Shown piece after piece: positions 9,968-20,373 of a DNA stretch of 64,000 nt. Source of the stretch: Kofleriaceae bacterium (lineage in GTDB: Bacteria > Myxococcota_A > Polyangia > Haliangiales > Haliangiaceae); contig JBKJLC010000084.1 of the NCBI GenBank assembly GCA_046597055.1, forward strand, positions 28,774 through 92,773, given 5' to 3'. The notes under the pieces are model-generated. The model worked only from the letters and a program-made list of their open reading frames with translations, ran no database searches and was not told the origin of the DNA. The stretch's first letter is position 1, and every line of letters begins with the position of its first letter. A program made the position numbers and the translations under genes.

Positions 9968-12900
9968 TCAGCGGTGGGCGGCCAGCCAGGCCTCGATGGT
10001 CGCGTGGCGGCGCCGGTCCTCGACATCCGGCCCCAGCGCGGCGGCGGCGGCGCGGATCACGACGAGCTGGGCAGCGCGATCGGTGCCGAGCTGGTGGCGC
10101 GCCCGCGCGATCAGGAACCGGACCCACGCCTTGGCCGGCTCCGAGACCGCGACCTTGTCGCCTGCCATCAGCGCGAGCGCGCGCTCGCCGAGGGTGACGA
10201 CCTCGGCGTGGCGGCCGAGGCGTCCGGCGGCGTCGGCCAGGTCGATCAGGACCATCGCGGTGCGCGGATGCTCGCGGCCGAGCAGACGCTCGAACCGGCG
10301 CAGATTTTCGGCGAGCAGCCGGTAGGCCTCGGCGGCGTTGCCCTCGGCCAGGTACGTCATCGCCACGTGCTGGCCGATCTGGGCGACCTGCTCGTTGTCG
10401 GCGCCGTTGCGCGCGACGCTGATCGCGTGCGCGCGCGTGAACAGCGTGCGGGCCTCGCCGAAGCGGCCGGCCACGGTCAGCGTCTCGCCCAGGCCGGTCA
10501 GGGTCCACGCCACGTCGGGATGATCGGCCCCGAGCACGCGCTCCTGGATGGCGAGCGCCCGCGTGAAGTAGGTCGCGGCCTCGTCGGGCTCACCCTGGGC
10601 GACCAGCGCGGCGCCGAGGTTGGTCAGGCCGTCGGCGACGTAGGAGTGGTCGGGCCCGAGCGCGGACTCGTCGATGGCGAGCGCGCGCCGGTACACGGCC
10701 TCGGCCTCGGCGTGCTTACGCTGGTACGACAGCACGCCACCCAGGTTGACCAGCGCGGTCGACAGCTGGGGATGCCCGGACCCGAGCGAGCGCTCGTAGA
10801 CGGCGAGCGCTCGGCCCAGCACCTCCTCGGCGCGGACGTACTCGCCGCGCTTCATGAGCACCAACCCGAGCGTGACGAGGGTGCCACCGGTCCGGTGGTC
10901 GCTGTCGCCGTAGAGCGCCTCGTGGGCGCGGACCGCCTCCTCGAGATCGCGGCGGGCGGCGTCGAAATTGGTGCGCTTGAGCTCGACCAGGCCACGCCGG
11001 GTGATTAGCGCGGCATGCAGCGGCGGCTGATCGACGGCCGCGACGAAGCCGACCGCGACCTCGGCCGCCTGCACGTAAGCAGTCGCGCGCTCGAGCCGGT
11101 TCTCGTGCTCGTTGGCCACCAGCACCAGATCGATCCAGGCGCGCGCCGCCAGCCGGTGATCGCCGGCGCGGGCGGCGACCCGGAGGGCCTCGTGCAGCGT
11201 GATCTCGGCGGCGGCGTAGGCGCCGGTGCGCTCCTCGAGGCGGCCGCGCAGCCAGAGCGCGCCCGCGAGCACGTCCGGAGCGTCGAGGCCGCGCGCCTCG
11301 TCGACCGCGCGCGCGGCCAGCGTCAGGCCCGCGGCGTAGGTGCCGGTGTCGACCGCGACCTCGGCGCGATCCATCGCGTGCTCGACGCTCGCCAGCCGGG
11401 TCCGGTCCGCCGGTGCCAGCGGGCGCGCGGTGGCCCCGGCCAGCTGCTCGCGGCGCGAGCAGTCGGCGACGTCGCCGACCGCGGTCACCGCCTGCACCGT
11501 GCGGTCGATCAGCTCGGGGCCGGGGCGGTCGCCGAGCGCCGCGACCAGCCCGGTCATCTGGTCGAGCTTGCGATCGAGGCAGCTCATCCGCTGATCGAGG
11601 AGCGCGGTCGACTGCTCGCCGCGGACATGGGTCGCCTCGCAGGCGTCGACCCGCATCGCCTGCCAGGCGCTGGCCCAGCGGTCGAGCAGCGGCTCGGCGC
11701 GGGCCAGCACGTCACGGGCGTAGCTGCGCTCGGAGGCGGCGAACGCGGCGCGCACGCGGGTCCGGGCCGGGTCGCCCCAGACCTCGGCCAGCCGCGGCTC
11801 GGCGAGGCGGCAGCGGGGGCCGGTGCCCGGCGAGCGCAGCAGGCCGAACAGCGCGAGGCCGGCCAGGCCGACGCCCGCCACCCCGACCAGCGCCCGCCGA
11901 CGCGCGACCCGTGGATCGCGCCGGAGCTCGGCGAGCAGCGCCTCCATGGTCGGGAACCGATCGGCCGGTTCGCTGGCCAGCCCACGCATCACCGCGCGGC
12001 GCCAGCGCGCCGGCACGCCCGGGCGCGGCGGCGGCATGCGCAGGTTGCCGGCCAGCACGTTCCAGCGCAGCTCGCGCAGGTCGGCACCCTCGAACGGCCG
12101 GGCATCGAACAGCCCCTCGTACAGGGTGACGCAGAAGCTGAACTGGTCCGAGCGCGCGTCGACGGTACCGTTGCGGTGCTGCTCGGGCGCCATGTAGCGG
12201 GGCGTCCCGACCGCGGCGCCATCGATGGTCAGCCGCGCCGACCGCGGGCGGCTCGGCGCGCTGCTCGAGCCGATCGCCGGCAGCGGGGTCAGCTCCACCG
12301 GCGACGTCGCCTCGTCGTCGGCGGTCCGAGCGGCGGAGCTCGACAGGTCGCTCGACGGACGGGCCAACCCGAAGTCGAGCACGCGCGCGCGACCGTCGAG
12401 GGCGACCACCACGTTCTCGGGCTTGAAGTCGCGATGGACCAGGCCCGCACGGTGGGCCGCGGCCAGCCCCTCGCCAGCGCCGAGCAGCACCGCGACGATG
12501 GCGCGGCTGTCGCCGAGGTGCGCGGGTAGCCACTGGCGGAGGGTCTGGCCCTCGACCAGCTCCATCGCGACGAACAGGTCGTCGCCGAGCAGGCCGACGT
12601 CGTGGACCGCGACCACGTTGGGGTGCGAGAGCTGGGCGAGCGCCTGGGCCTCGCGCATCAGGCGCTCGCGCGCGGTCCCGGCCTCGGGGCCGGCCCGGAC
12701 CCGCACCCGCTTGAGCGCGACATTGCGATCGAGGTGCGGATCGTGCGCTTTCCAAACCACCCCCATCCCGCCCCGACCCAGGATCTCGACGACGACGTAG
12801 CGGCCGATCTGGGTCCCGGGCGCGACCCGATTGGCCTCGCTCGGCGAGCGCCGGCGCGCGGGTCTGGCCGGCCCCGCCGAGGCTCGACTGGCGGTACGGG

Positions 12901-13036
12901 TCGCCAGGTCGGCCTCGCCCAGGTGCGCGTGGACCGCGTCGTTGGTGGCGTCTTCGTCGATCGGGTCGGCGCCCGGGGCGCCCCGCCCCTCGGCGGCGGC
13001 GCTCGGCGGCGCGGGCGACTCGTCGGGATTGGCCAC
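9968..13036 (-). CDS. Ser/Thr protein kinase with TM segment and TPR repeats (myxobacterial type)
   Basis: GRGGMGVV, VALK, HRDFKPEN, DFG, GTPRYMAPE, a TM helix, then LGxDHP-type TPR repeats. Start uncertain (13036/13042/13075). Confidence 0.92.
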   Translation of the reverse strand: MANPDESPAPPSAAAEGRGAPGADPIDEDATNDAVHAHLGEADLATRTASRASAGPARPARRRSPSEANRVAPGTQIGRYVVVEILGRGGMGVVWKAHDPHLDRNVALKRVRVRAGPEAGTARERLMREAQALAQLSHPNVVAVHDVGLLGDDLFVAMELVEGQTLRQWLPAHLGDSRAIVAVLLGAGEGLAAAHRAGLVHRDFKPENVVVALDGRARVLDFGLARPSSDLSSSAARTADDEATSPVELTPLPAIGSSSAPSRPRSARLTIDGAAVGTPRYMAPEQHRNGTVDARSDQFSFCVTLYEGLFDARPFEGADLRELRWNVLAGNLRMPPPRPGVPARWRRAVMRGLASEPADRFPTMEALLAELRRDPRVARRRALVGVAGVGLAGLALFGLLRSPGTGPRCRLAEPRLAEVWGDPARTRVRAAFAASERSYARDVLARAEPLLDRWASAWQAMRVDACEATHVRGEQSTALLDQRMSCLDRKLDQMTGLVAALGDRPGPELIDRTVQAVTAVGDVADCSRREQLAGATARPLAPADRTRLASVEHAMDRAEVAVDTGTYAAGLTLAARAVDEARGLDAPDVLAGALWLRGRLEERTGAYAAAEITLHEALRVAARAGDHRLAARAWIDLVLVANEHENRLERATAYVQAAEVAVGFVAAVDQPPLHAALITRRGLVELKRTNFDAARRDLEEAVRAHEALYGDSDHRTGGTLVTLGLVLMKRGEYVRAEEVLGRALAVYERSLGSGHPQLSTALVNLGGVLSYQRKHAEAEAVYRRALAIDESALGPDHSYVADGLTNLGAALVAQGEPDEAATYFTRALAIQERVLGADHPDVAWTLTGLGETLTVAGRFGEARTLFTRAHAISVARNGADNEQVAQIGQHVAMTYLAEGNAAEAYRLLAENLRRFERLLGREHPRTAMVLIDLADAAGRLGRHAEVVTLGERALALMAGDKVAVSEPAKAWVRFLIARARHQLGTDRAAQLVVIRAAAAALGPDVEDRRRHATIEAWLAAHR

Positions 13037-13126
13037 CGCCACGAGCGTATCACCGCGGTCGCTGGCGCGACGCAACCGGTTCGTCGGGGCTACTGCCAGG
13101 TGCGCGGGTAGACCCGGGCCTGGCCG

Positions 13127-13723
13127 TCACGGCGCGTCGAGCGCCGCGCGCACCTCGTCGGGCGTCGCGCCGGCCCAGCGGGTGACCTGGTTGGCCACGG
13201 TCGCGAGCGTGCGCGGATCCATCCGGTCGCAGCACAGGATGCCGTGCAGGTGATCGACCTCGTGCTGCAGGATGCGCGCGTACCAGCCGGTCGCGTCGAT
13301 CGCGACCGGGCGGCCGTCGCCGTCGAGCGCCTCGACGTGGACCTGGCGCGCGCGCGGCACCGCCATGACGAACCCGGCGAGGCTGAGGCAGCCCTCGAAC
13401 GCGTCGATCGTCTCGGTGCCGACCACGGTCAGCCGCGGGTTGACCAGCACGTGGAACGGCACGATCGCGCGCTGGCGAGCGGCCAGCTGCGCCGCCGACA
13501 GGTTGGCCTGGCGCTCCTCGACGTCCTCGATGACGACCAGCGCGAGCCCCTCGCCGACCTGCGGCGCGGCCAGCCCGACCCCGGGCGCGGCGCGCATGGT
13601 GTCGCGCATGCGCTCGATCAGCGTGCGCGTGGCGTCGGTGGCGAGCTCGGTCAGGTCGAGCGCGCGCGCGCGGCGGCGCAGCACCGGCGCGCCGGCCTGG
13701 ACGATCTCGAGGAGGGATCCCAT
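13127..13723 (-). CDS. def: peptide deformylase
   Basis: GVGLAAPQ, EGCLS, QHEVDHLHG. Confidence 0.95.
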   Translation of the reverse strand: MGSLLEIVQAGAPVLRRRARALDLTELATDATRTLIERMRDTMRAAPGVGLAAPQVGEGLALVVIEDVEERQANLSAAQLAARQRAIVPFHVLVNPRLTVVGTETIDAFEGCLSLAGFVMAVPRARQVHVEALDGDGRPVAIDATGWYARILQHEVDHLHGILCCDRMDPRTLATVANQVTRWAGATPDEVRAALDAP

Positions 13724-13732
13724 GCCGGCAGC

Positions 13733-15244
13733 TTACAGCCCGTACAGCGCGCCGTACTTGCCGCGCAGGTAGTCGAGGTAGGGCGCGGCCGACAGCGGCC
13801 GGCCGGTCGCCGCCAGCACCAGCTCGTCGGCCGAGCGGGCGCGGCCGTGGACGTGGATGTTCCGGGCCAGCCAGGTGCGCAGCGTGTCGAAGCGTCCCGC
13901 CTCGATCTCCTGCGGGATCTCCGGGTGGGCCGCCAGCGCGGCCTGGTAGAACTGCGCGCTCATCAGGTTGCCGAGCGCGTACGACTGGAACGCGCCGCCG
14001 ACGAAGCCGTCGTACCAGTGCACGTCTTGCAGGCAGCCGTCGGCGTCGGTGGTCGGGGCGACCCCGAGGTCGGTGCGGGCGCGCTCGCGCCAGGCCTCGG
14101 GTAGGTCGGCGACCGCGAGCCGGCCCTCGAGCAGCTCGACCTCGAAGTCGAACCGCATGATCACGTGCAGACAGTAGGTGACCTCGTCGGCCGCGGTCCG
14201 GACCAGCGAGCGCTCGACCCGGTTGATCGCGCGGTAGAACGCGTCGAGCGAGACCCCGCCCAGCTGGGCCGGGAACGTGGCCCGGAGCTGCGGGTACTGC
14301 CCGGTCCAGAACGCCAGGCTGCGCCCGACCAGGTTCTCCCACAGCCGCGACTGGCTCTCGTGCACGCCGGCCGAGGTGCCGTCGGCCAGGGGGGTCGCCT
14401 CGAACGCGCGGTCGATGTGCTGCTCGTAGAGGGCGTGCCCGGCCTCGTGGAGCGTGGAGAACAGCGCCTCGGACAGGTCGTCGATGCGGACCCGGGTCGT
14501 GATCCGGACGTCCCCGAGCGAGAACTTGGTCATGAACGGGTGGTGGGTCTTGTCCTGGCGGCCCCGGGTCAGGTCGTAGCCGAACTTCGCGGCCATGGCG
14601 GCGCCGAACGCGAGCTGGTCGGGCTCGGGGAACGTCTGGTGCAGGCACGCGTCCTCGGCGGGCGCGGCCCGGGTGATCGCGTCGACCAGCGGGACCAGCT
14701 CGGCGCGCAGCGCGGCGAACAGCGTCCGCACGCTCGACGTGCGTACGTCGGGATCGGCGAGATCGATCAGCGGATCGGCGACGTGCTCGAACGGCGCGAA
14801 GAAGCCGGCGTACTCGCGGCTCATCTCCACCGTCCTGGCGAGCAGCGTCGCGACCGCGGCGAAGTCGTTGGCGGGCCGGGCCCGGGTCCAGCGCTCGTAC
14901 AGCTCGGCTCGGTGGTTGGCGAACGCGCTGACAAAGGCGGCCGGCACCTTGGTCGCGCGGTCGACGTCGCGCCGGGCCACCCGCACCAGCCGGGCCGCGA
15001 ACGAGTCGTCGCCGGCGCGCTCGGCGGTCGGGGTCAGCCGATCCAGCAGGCGCGCGAGGCCCGGGTCGGTCAAGCGGTCGTGGGCGAGCCGCTCGAGCGT
15101 CGCGAGCTGCCGGCCCCGGGCGGCGTTGCCGCCCTCGGGCATGTACGTCGCCTGGTCCCAGCGCAGCACCGCGGCGGCGGCCTGTAAGTCGTTGTGCTCT
15201 GCCAGCCGGGCCCGGAGGTCATCGAAGTCGGGATCCATCGCCAC
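13733..15244 (-). CDS. M32 carboxypeptidase (carboxypeptidase Taq family)
   Basis: HPF, DVRITTR, HEAGHALYEQ, HESQSR, GCLQDVHW. Confidence 0.95.
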   Translation of the reverse strand: MAMDPDFDDLRARLAEHNDLQAAAAVLRWDQATYMPEGGNAARGRQLATLERLAHDRLTDPGLARLLDRLTPTAERAGDDSFAARLVRVARRDVDRATKVPAAFVSAFANHRAELYERWTRARPANDFAAVATLLARTVEMSREYAGFFAPFEHVADPLIDLADPDVRTSSVRTLFAALRAELVPLVDAITRAAPAEDACLHQTFPEPDQLAFGAAMAAKFGYDLTRGRQDKTHHPFMTKFSLGDVRITTRVRIDDLSEALFSTLHEAGHALYEQHIDRAFEATPLADGTSAGVHESQSRLWENLVGRSLAFWTGQYPQLRATFPAQLGGVSLDAFYRAINRVERSLVRTAADEVTYCLHVIMRFDFEVELLEGRLAVADLPEAWRERARTDLGVAPTTDADGCLQDVHWYDGFVGGAFQSYALGNLMSAQFYQAALAAHPEIPQEIEAGRFDTLRTWLARNIHVHGRARSADELVLAATGRPLSAAPYLDYLRGKYGALYGL

Positions 15245-15291
15245 GCAGCTTGCCCTGCCCGGCGCCGGCTGTCCTCGGTTACCATCGGACG

Positions 15292-16086
15292 ATGCTGGGC
15301 GAGGCTGCCGTTGCGAGTGAGCTGCAGATCCGCGGGCTGATTGCCGCCCGCGATGCCTTCATCGTCTACCAGCCGATCGTCGAGCTGACGTCGCGCACCA
15401 TCTTCGCCTACGAGGCGCTCGCGCGGACCCGGTCGAAGGACTTCGACGGCCCGCTCAGCCTGTTCGCGGCCTCGGTCGCGCACGGGTGCACGGGCGAGCT
15501 GGGCCGGATGCTGCGCGAGATGTCGGTCGAAGGCTGCCCGGATGTCCCGCTGTTCGTGAACATCCACCCGGCCGAGCTCAACGAGGGCTACCTGGTCCAG
15601 CCCAACGATCCGATCTTCCACCACTCGAGCGACGTCCATCTCGAGATCACCGAGAGCGTGCCGCTGTCGCATTTCGCGCTGTGCCAGACGATCCTGCACG
15701 AGGTGCGCGGGCGCGGCGTGTCGCTGGTGGTCGACGACCTCGGCGCCGGCTACTCCAACCTCAAGTACATCGCCGATCTGCACCCGCAGTTCGTGAAGCT
15801 CGATCGCGGGCTGATCATGGGGCTGGTCAAGGACTCGCGGGTGTTCATGCTGGTTGCCGGGATCGTGGAGATGTGCCGGAAGCTGGGGGCCCGGGTGGTG
15901 GCCGAGGGCATCGAGACCGTCGAGGAGCTCGAGTCGATCGTCGCGGCCGGTGCCCACTTCGGCCAGGGCTACTTGCTGGCGCGGCCGGCGTTTCCGCCGC
16001 CGCCGATCACGTGGCCCGGCGATCCGTCGGTGGCCCCGGTCCCCAAGCTCCGGCCCACCCTGAACCGGTCCCGGCTGCCCCGGTGA
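15292..16086 (+). CDS. stand-alone EAL domain protein (c-di-GMP phosphodiesterase)
   Basis: YQPIV, YEALAR, LEITE, DDLGAGYS, VKLDR, AEGIET, QGY. Confidence 0.92.
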   Translation: MLGEAAVASELQIRGLIAARDAFIVYQPIVELTSRTIFAYEALARTRSKDFDGPLSLFAASVAHGCTGELGRMLREMSVEGCPDVPLFVNIHPAELNEGYLVQPNDPIFHHSSDVHLEITESVPLSHFALCQTILHEVRGRGVSLVVDDLGAGYSNLKYIADLHPQFVKLDRGLIMGLVKDSRVFMLVAGIVEMCRKLGARVVAEGIETVEELESIVAAGAHFGQGYLLARPAFPPPPITWPGDPSVAPVPKLRPTLNRSRLPR

Positions 16087-16100
16087 CCTGAACGGCCGAC

Positions 16101-16138
16101 CCGCCGATCGGCCGGTGAGCGAGGCTCCCGATCGGCGG
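16101..16138. repeat. perfect 11-bp inverted repeat between the EAL gene and glnA (possible terminator or leader hairpin)
   Basis: ccgccgatcgg (16101-16111) and its reverse complement ccgatcggcgg (16128-16138). No U-tract follows. Confidence 0.45.
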
Positions 16139-16229
16139 ACCGCCGGTGCGACAGAAAGACGGCCCGGGGCGCTTGCGCGCGCGGGGCCGCCGGTTGACAC
16201 CAGATGTTCATCTCACCAAGGGAGACACC

Positions 16230-17681
16230 GTGGACCGCAAGGCTCGCTCCGACGCCCCCTCACTGCGCTCGTTCCTCGAGCTCACCTACGACGAGCTCGA
16301 GGAGAAGAACCTCGAGGCCAAGCTGCAGCGCCTCGACCGAGTCAAGATCGACAAGGTGCGTGAGGCGCGCAGCAAGTACTTGACCGACGAGAAGCGGATC
16401 AAGGCGGTCACCGTGTGCTTCACCGACCTCGAGGGTCGGCTGCACATGCTCGACTATGACAAGAAGTTCCTGCTCGGCAGCGCCGACAACCTGACGTTCG
16501 ACGGCAGCTCGATCCGCGGCTTCTCGGCCCAGCAGGAGTCGGACCTCCGCCTCGGCATCGACTGGGGCGCGTTCTACTGGCTGCCATCCGACGTGTTCGG
16601 GCCCGGCAAGGTGCTGGTGTTCGGCGAGGTGCTCGAGCGCGACGGCACCCCGTACGCCGGCGACCTGCGCGGCCGGCTCAAGGCCTACGCCCAGCAGATC
16701 TTCGACAAGGACGGCACCGTCTGCAACGCCGCCCACGAGATCGAGGGCTTCCTGTTCCGCGGCCGCGACGCCGAGCGCCGCTTCCACGAGACCCGGCAGT
16801 TCGACTTCATCTCGACCGGCGGCTACTACCACGCGCTGCCCGGCGACGCGCTCCGCCAGTTCATCGACCGCTCGGCCGAGGCCCAGCGCGCGATGGGCTT
16901 CGAGAACGAGAAGGACCACCCCGAGGTGGCGCCGTCGCAGTTCGAGATGAACTTCAAGTACGCCGACGCGGTGGTCGCCGCCGACCAGGTCCAGCTCTAC
17001 AAGCTGCTGGCGCGCCAGGTCGCCAGCCAGCTCGACATGACCGCGTCGTTCCTGCCCAAGCCGGTCGCCGGCGTCAACGGCAACGGCATGCACACCAACC
17101 TGTCGCTGGCGCGGAAGGGGAACAACCTCTTCCACGACGCCGCGGGCAAGGAAGGCCTGTCGCAGCCGGGCTGGGACATCATCGCGCGCATCCTGACCTC
17201 GGCGCCCGACATCTGTCTGGCGCTGAACTCGTCGGTCAACGCGTATCGCCGCCTCGATCCGCACTTCGAGGCGCCCAACCAGATCAAGGCGTCGGCGATC
17301 GACCGCGGCGCGATGGTCCGGATCCCGCTGGGCAACAAGAACTCGGCGCGCATCGAGGTCCGCAGCGTGGCGCCTGACGCCAACCCGTACATGTCGGTCT
17401 ACTCGATCCTGCGCACCGGCCTCGAGGGGCCGCTCGACAAGGACGTCAGCGACCCCGCGCGCACCCGCTACCTGCCCGACAACATCGACGACGCGATCCG
17501 GCTGTTCCGCAGCAGCAAGCTGTGCACCGAGCTGTTCGGCGAGGTGGTGCAGACCCGGTTCGCCGACCTCAAGGCGGCCTCGGCCGACCGGTGCCCGCGC
17601 GCGCTGGGCTCGACGGTGAAGACCAACGAGGTCCAGTTCCACCACGAGATCACGAACCAGTACCTCTGGAACCAGTTCTGA
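16230..17681 (+). CDS. glnA: glutamine synthetase (GSI-like)
   Basis: FDGSSIRGF, ESD, HPEVAPSQFE, PKP..GVNGNGMH, NAYRRL..HFEAP, RIEVRS..PDANPY. SD-like aagggag before GTG 16230. Confidence 0.9.
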   Translation: MDRKARSDAPSLRSFLELTYDELEEKNLEAKLQRLDRVKIDKVREARSKYLTDEKRIKAVTVCFTDLEGRLHMLDYDKKFLLGSADNLTFDGSSIRGFSAQQESDLRLGIDWGAFYWLPSDVFGPGKVLVFGEVLERDGTPYAGDLRGRLKAYAQQIFDKDGTVCNAAHEIEGFLFRGRDAERRFHETRQFDFISTGGYYHALPGDALRQFIDRSAEAQRAMGFENEKDHPEVAPSQFEMNFKYADAVVAADQVQLYKLLARQVASQLDMTASFLPKPVAGVNGNGMHTNLSLARKGNNLFHDAAGKEGLSQPGWDIIARILTSAPDICLALNSSVNAYRRLDPHFEAPNQIKASAIDRGAMVRIPLGNKNSARIEVRSVAPDANPYMSVYSILRTGLEGPLDKDVSDPARTRYLPDNIDDAIRLFRSSKLCTELFGEVVQTRFADLKAASADRCPRALGSTVKTNEVQFHHEITNQYLWNQF

Positions 17682-17813
17682 TCCGGCGCGCGGTCGGAGC
17701 CCGGCCGCCGCCGCGCTGACGAGCGCCGGTCGCGACCACCCGCGCGCGCTGCGGCCGCCGTAGGCAGGGCCATCTTGCGCCGCGCGGCAGCCGCAAGCTA
17801 TCAACGCGGCTCC

Positions 17814-19289
17814 ATGTCTCTCGCCGTCAGGGTCGCGCGCGGCGCGGTCTGGACCATCCTGTCCGCCGTCGGCGGCCGTGCGCTCGGCGTGATCGGCACG
17901 CTGATCATCACGCGCTTTCTCGCACCGTCCATCATCGGTGAGGTCGGCTCGGCGATGATCATCGTGCTGACGGTCAACTGGCTGACCAACTTCGGCTTCG
18001 GTCAGTACGTGATCGTCCGCGGCCGCACCGAGCCGGGCCCCGAGGTCGTCTGGCACGCCAACGTCGCCAGCATCGGGCTCGCCTGGATCGGGCTCACCCT
18101 TGTCGCGCTGTTCGCCGATCCAGTCGCGTGGCTGGTCGACTCGGACAAAGTGGGCCAGTACATCCCGCTGCTCGCGCTCACCCTCGGCATCCGCCGGGTC
18201 GCGGCGATCCCCGAGAAGCTGCTCGTCCGCTCGATGCACTTCCGCGCGATCAGCCTCGCCCACGGGTTCGGCGAGGTGGCCTATGCCGGCGTGACGGTCG
18301 CCTTCGCCGCCGGCGGCTTCGGCGGCATGTCGGTCGTCTACGGCAACCTTGCCCAGTACTCGCTCGTCACGGTCATCATCCTCGCCGCCACCGGCCGCGG
18401 CTGGCTCGTCCGGACGCCGCTGCGGATGGCGCGCTTCCGCGACATGTTCCGCTTCGGCTGGCCTCTGGCGATGGAGGCGATCGCCGGCAACGCCTCGCGC
18501 TACTGGGGCAGCCTCGCCGTGCGCCGCCTGTTCGACGCCCACGTCACCGGCCTGTTCAACCTCGCCTACAGCCTCGCCGACATCCCGGCCATCTACGTCG
18601 GCGAGCAGATCGGCATGGTGCTCCTGCCGTCCTTGGCCCAGCTCGAGCCCGAGCGGCGACCGCGCGCGCTCGAGCGCTCGACCGCGCTCCTGTCGCTGAT
18701 CATCTTCCCGATGGCAGTCGGGCTCGGCGTCGTGTCCGAGCCGCTGATCGCGCTGGTGATGTCGGACGAGTGGCAGGGCGTCGCGCCCCTGCTCACCATC
18801 CTCGTCGTGCTCTCGGTGTTCCGGCCGGTCGCGTGGGTCGTGTCGTCCTACCTGCTGACACAGGAGCGCAACCGGCCCCTCATGTTCCTCGAGCTCGGCA
18901 AGGCGGCAGTCCTGCTCGGCGCCATGGTCGCGCTGTCACCGCTCGGGATCGAGTGGACGGCGGTCGCGGTCGGGATCGCGTTCGGCCTGCACGCGATGGC
19001 CAGCGTGTGGCTGGTGCTGCGCGACGGGCCGCACTCGCTGGTGTTGCTCGGCGGCTTCCTGCGGCCGCTCGTCGCCTGCGCGGCAATGGCCGGCGCGGTG
19101 CTCGGAGCGCGCGCGCTCCTGGCCAGGCTCTTCGAGTTGCACGCCGGGATCCATCTGGCGATCGAGATCGTGGTCGGCGGCGGCATCTATATCGCGGTCG
19201 CGCTCGTCGTGTGCCGCGAGACGGCGCGCGACCTGTTCGGGCTGATGAGGGACGTCATGCGCGGGGCGTCGCCAGCCTCGCCGCGTTGA
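17814..19289 (+). CDS. polysaccharide/oligosaccharide flippase (Wzx/PST family)
   Basis: ARGAVW start, many TM helices, GLFNLAY, MSDEWQGVAPLL. Confidence 0.85.
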   Translation: MSLAVRVARGAVWTILSAVGGRALGVIGTLIITRFLAPSIIGEVGSAMIIVLTVNWLTNFGFGQYVIVRGRTEPGPEVVWHANVASIGLAWIGLTLVALFADPVAWLVDSDKVGQYIPLLALTLGIRRVAAIPEKLLVRSMHFRAISLAHGFGEVAYAGVTVAFAAGGFGGMSVVYGNLAQYSLVTVIILAATGRGWLVRTPLRMARFRDMFRFGWPLAMEAIAGNASRYWGSLAVRRLFDAHVTGLFNLAYSLADIPAIYVGEQIGMVLLPSLAQLEPERRPRALERSTALLSLIIFPMAVGLGVVSEPLIALVMSDEWQGVAPLLTILVVLSVFRPVAWVVSSYLLTQERNRPLMFLELGKAAVLLGAMVALSPLGIEWTAVAVGIAFGLHAMASVWLVLRDGPHSLVLLGGFLRPLVACAAMAGAVLGARALLARLFELHAGIHLAIEIVVGGGIYIAVALVVCRETARDLFGLMRDVMRGASPASPR

Positions 19290-19332
19290 CGGGCGACGCT
19301 GGGTCTGGTTTGATACCTCGGGGGGGTTACCG

Positions 19333-20373
19333 TTGCCCACAGTTCAATCCAGCCGGCCCCTGCGGGTCGGTATCGTCGGGTGCGGCGCGATCGCGCGCGA
19401 GGCGCACCTTCCGGTGCTCGCCGAAGCCTGCGGGCTCGAGGTCACCGTGCTCTGCGACCGCGACCGCGGCAACGCCACGCTGGCCGCGCGTGAGAGCGGC
19501 GTCGACGCCGCGATCACCACGGAGGTCGCCGAGCTCGCCGGCAAGGTCGACGCCGCCATCGTGGCCGTCCCGCCGCGATTTCACGCGCCCATCGCGATCC
19601 AGCTCATGGAGATGGGGATCGATGTCCTGTGCGAGAAACCTCTCGCGATCACGGTCGCCGACGGCCGGAAGATGGACGAGACCGCTCGCCGGACCGGGCG
19701 GGTGCTCGCGGTCGCGCTCATGATGCGGTTCTTCCCGCACAACCGGTGGCTCGCGGATCTGGTGGAAGACGGCGAGGTCGGCGACGTGCGCGAGGTCATC
19801 GTCGAGGACGGCGCGCCGCTCGACTGGCCGATGATGAGCAACGGCTACTTCGACCGTAACGCGACCGGTGGCGGCGTCCTCTTCGACAGCGGGGTGCATC
19901 TCCTCGACCGGGTGCTCTGGCTGTTCGGCGATCTCGATGAGCTCGCATACGAGGACGATTCATTCGGCGGCTTCGAGAGCAACGCGAGGCTTTCGGGCGT
20001 CCTTCGCATCGGCGGGCGACCGGTGCCGACGCGTATGGAGTTCAGCTGGTCGCACCGGCTGCGCCGCAGTATCCGGGTGGTCGGCGAGCGCGGGACGCTC
20101 GAGGCCTCGACCTCCGATCCACGGCACCTGACCCTCCACCGGACGACGCGCCGCGGTCCGATGGAGATGCAGATCCGCTGCGCCGAGCGGTGGGACGCGC
20201 GCAGTCACTACCGGGCGCAACTCGCCGACTTCATCGGCGCGATCCGCGAGCGGCGCGCGCCGTTCGTGACCGCCGAATCGGCCCTGCGGTCGCTCGCGGT
20301 CATCGAGGCCGCGTACGCGCGGCGAACGACGATGGCGCAGCCCTGGCTGGGATCGATGGGGGGGTCGGCGTGA
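19333..20373 (+). CDS. Gfo/Idh/MocA family oxidoreductase
   Basis: GIVGCGAIA, VLCEKPLA, GGGVLFDSGVHLLD. Confidence 0.92.
   Translation: MPTVQSSRPLRVGIVGCGAIAREAHLPVLAEACGLEVTVLCDRDRGNATLAARESGVDAAITTEVAELAGKVDAAIVAVPPRFHAPIAIQLMEMGIDVLCEKPLAITVADGRKMDETARRTGRVLAVALMMRFFPHNRWLADLVEDGEVGDVREVIVEDGAPLDWPMMSNGYFDRNATGGGVLFDSGVHLLDRVLWLFGDLDELAYEDDSFGGFESNARLSGVLRIGGRPVPTRMEFSWSHRLRRSIRVVGERGTLEASTSDPRHLTLHRTTRRGPMEMQIRCAERWDARSHYRAQLADFIGAIRERRAPFVTAESALRSLAVIEAAYARRTTMAQPWLGSMGGSA

Noticed and set aside
16150..16229. Sigma-54 or sigma-70 promoter for glnA (TTGACA present)
   Set aside because: The GG/GC spacing does not fit -24/-12, and there is no good -10 at 16-18 nt from TTGACA.
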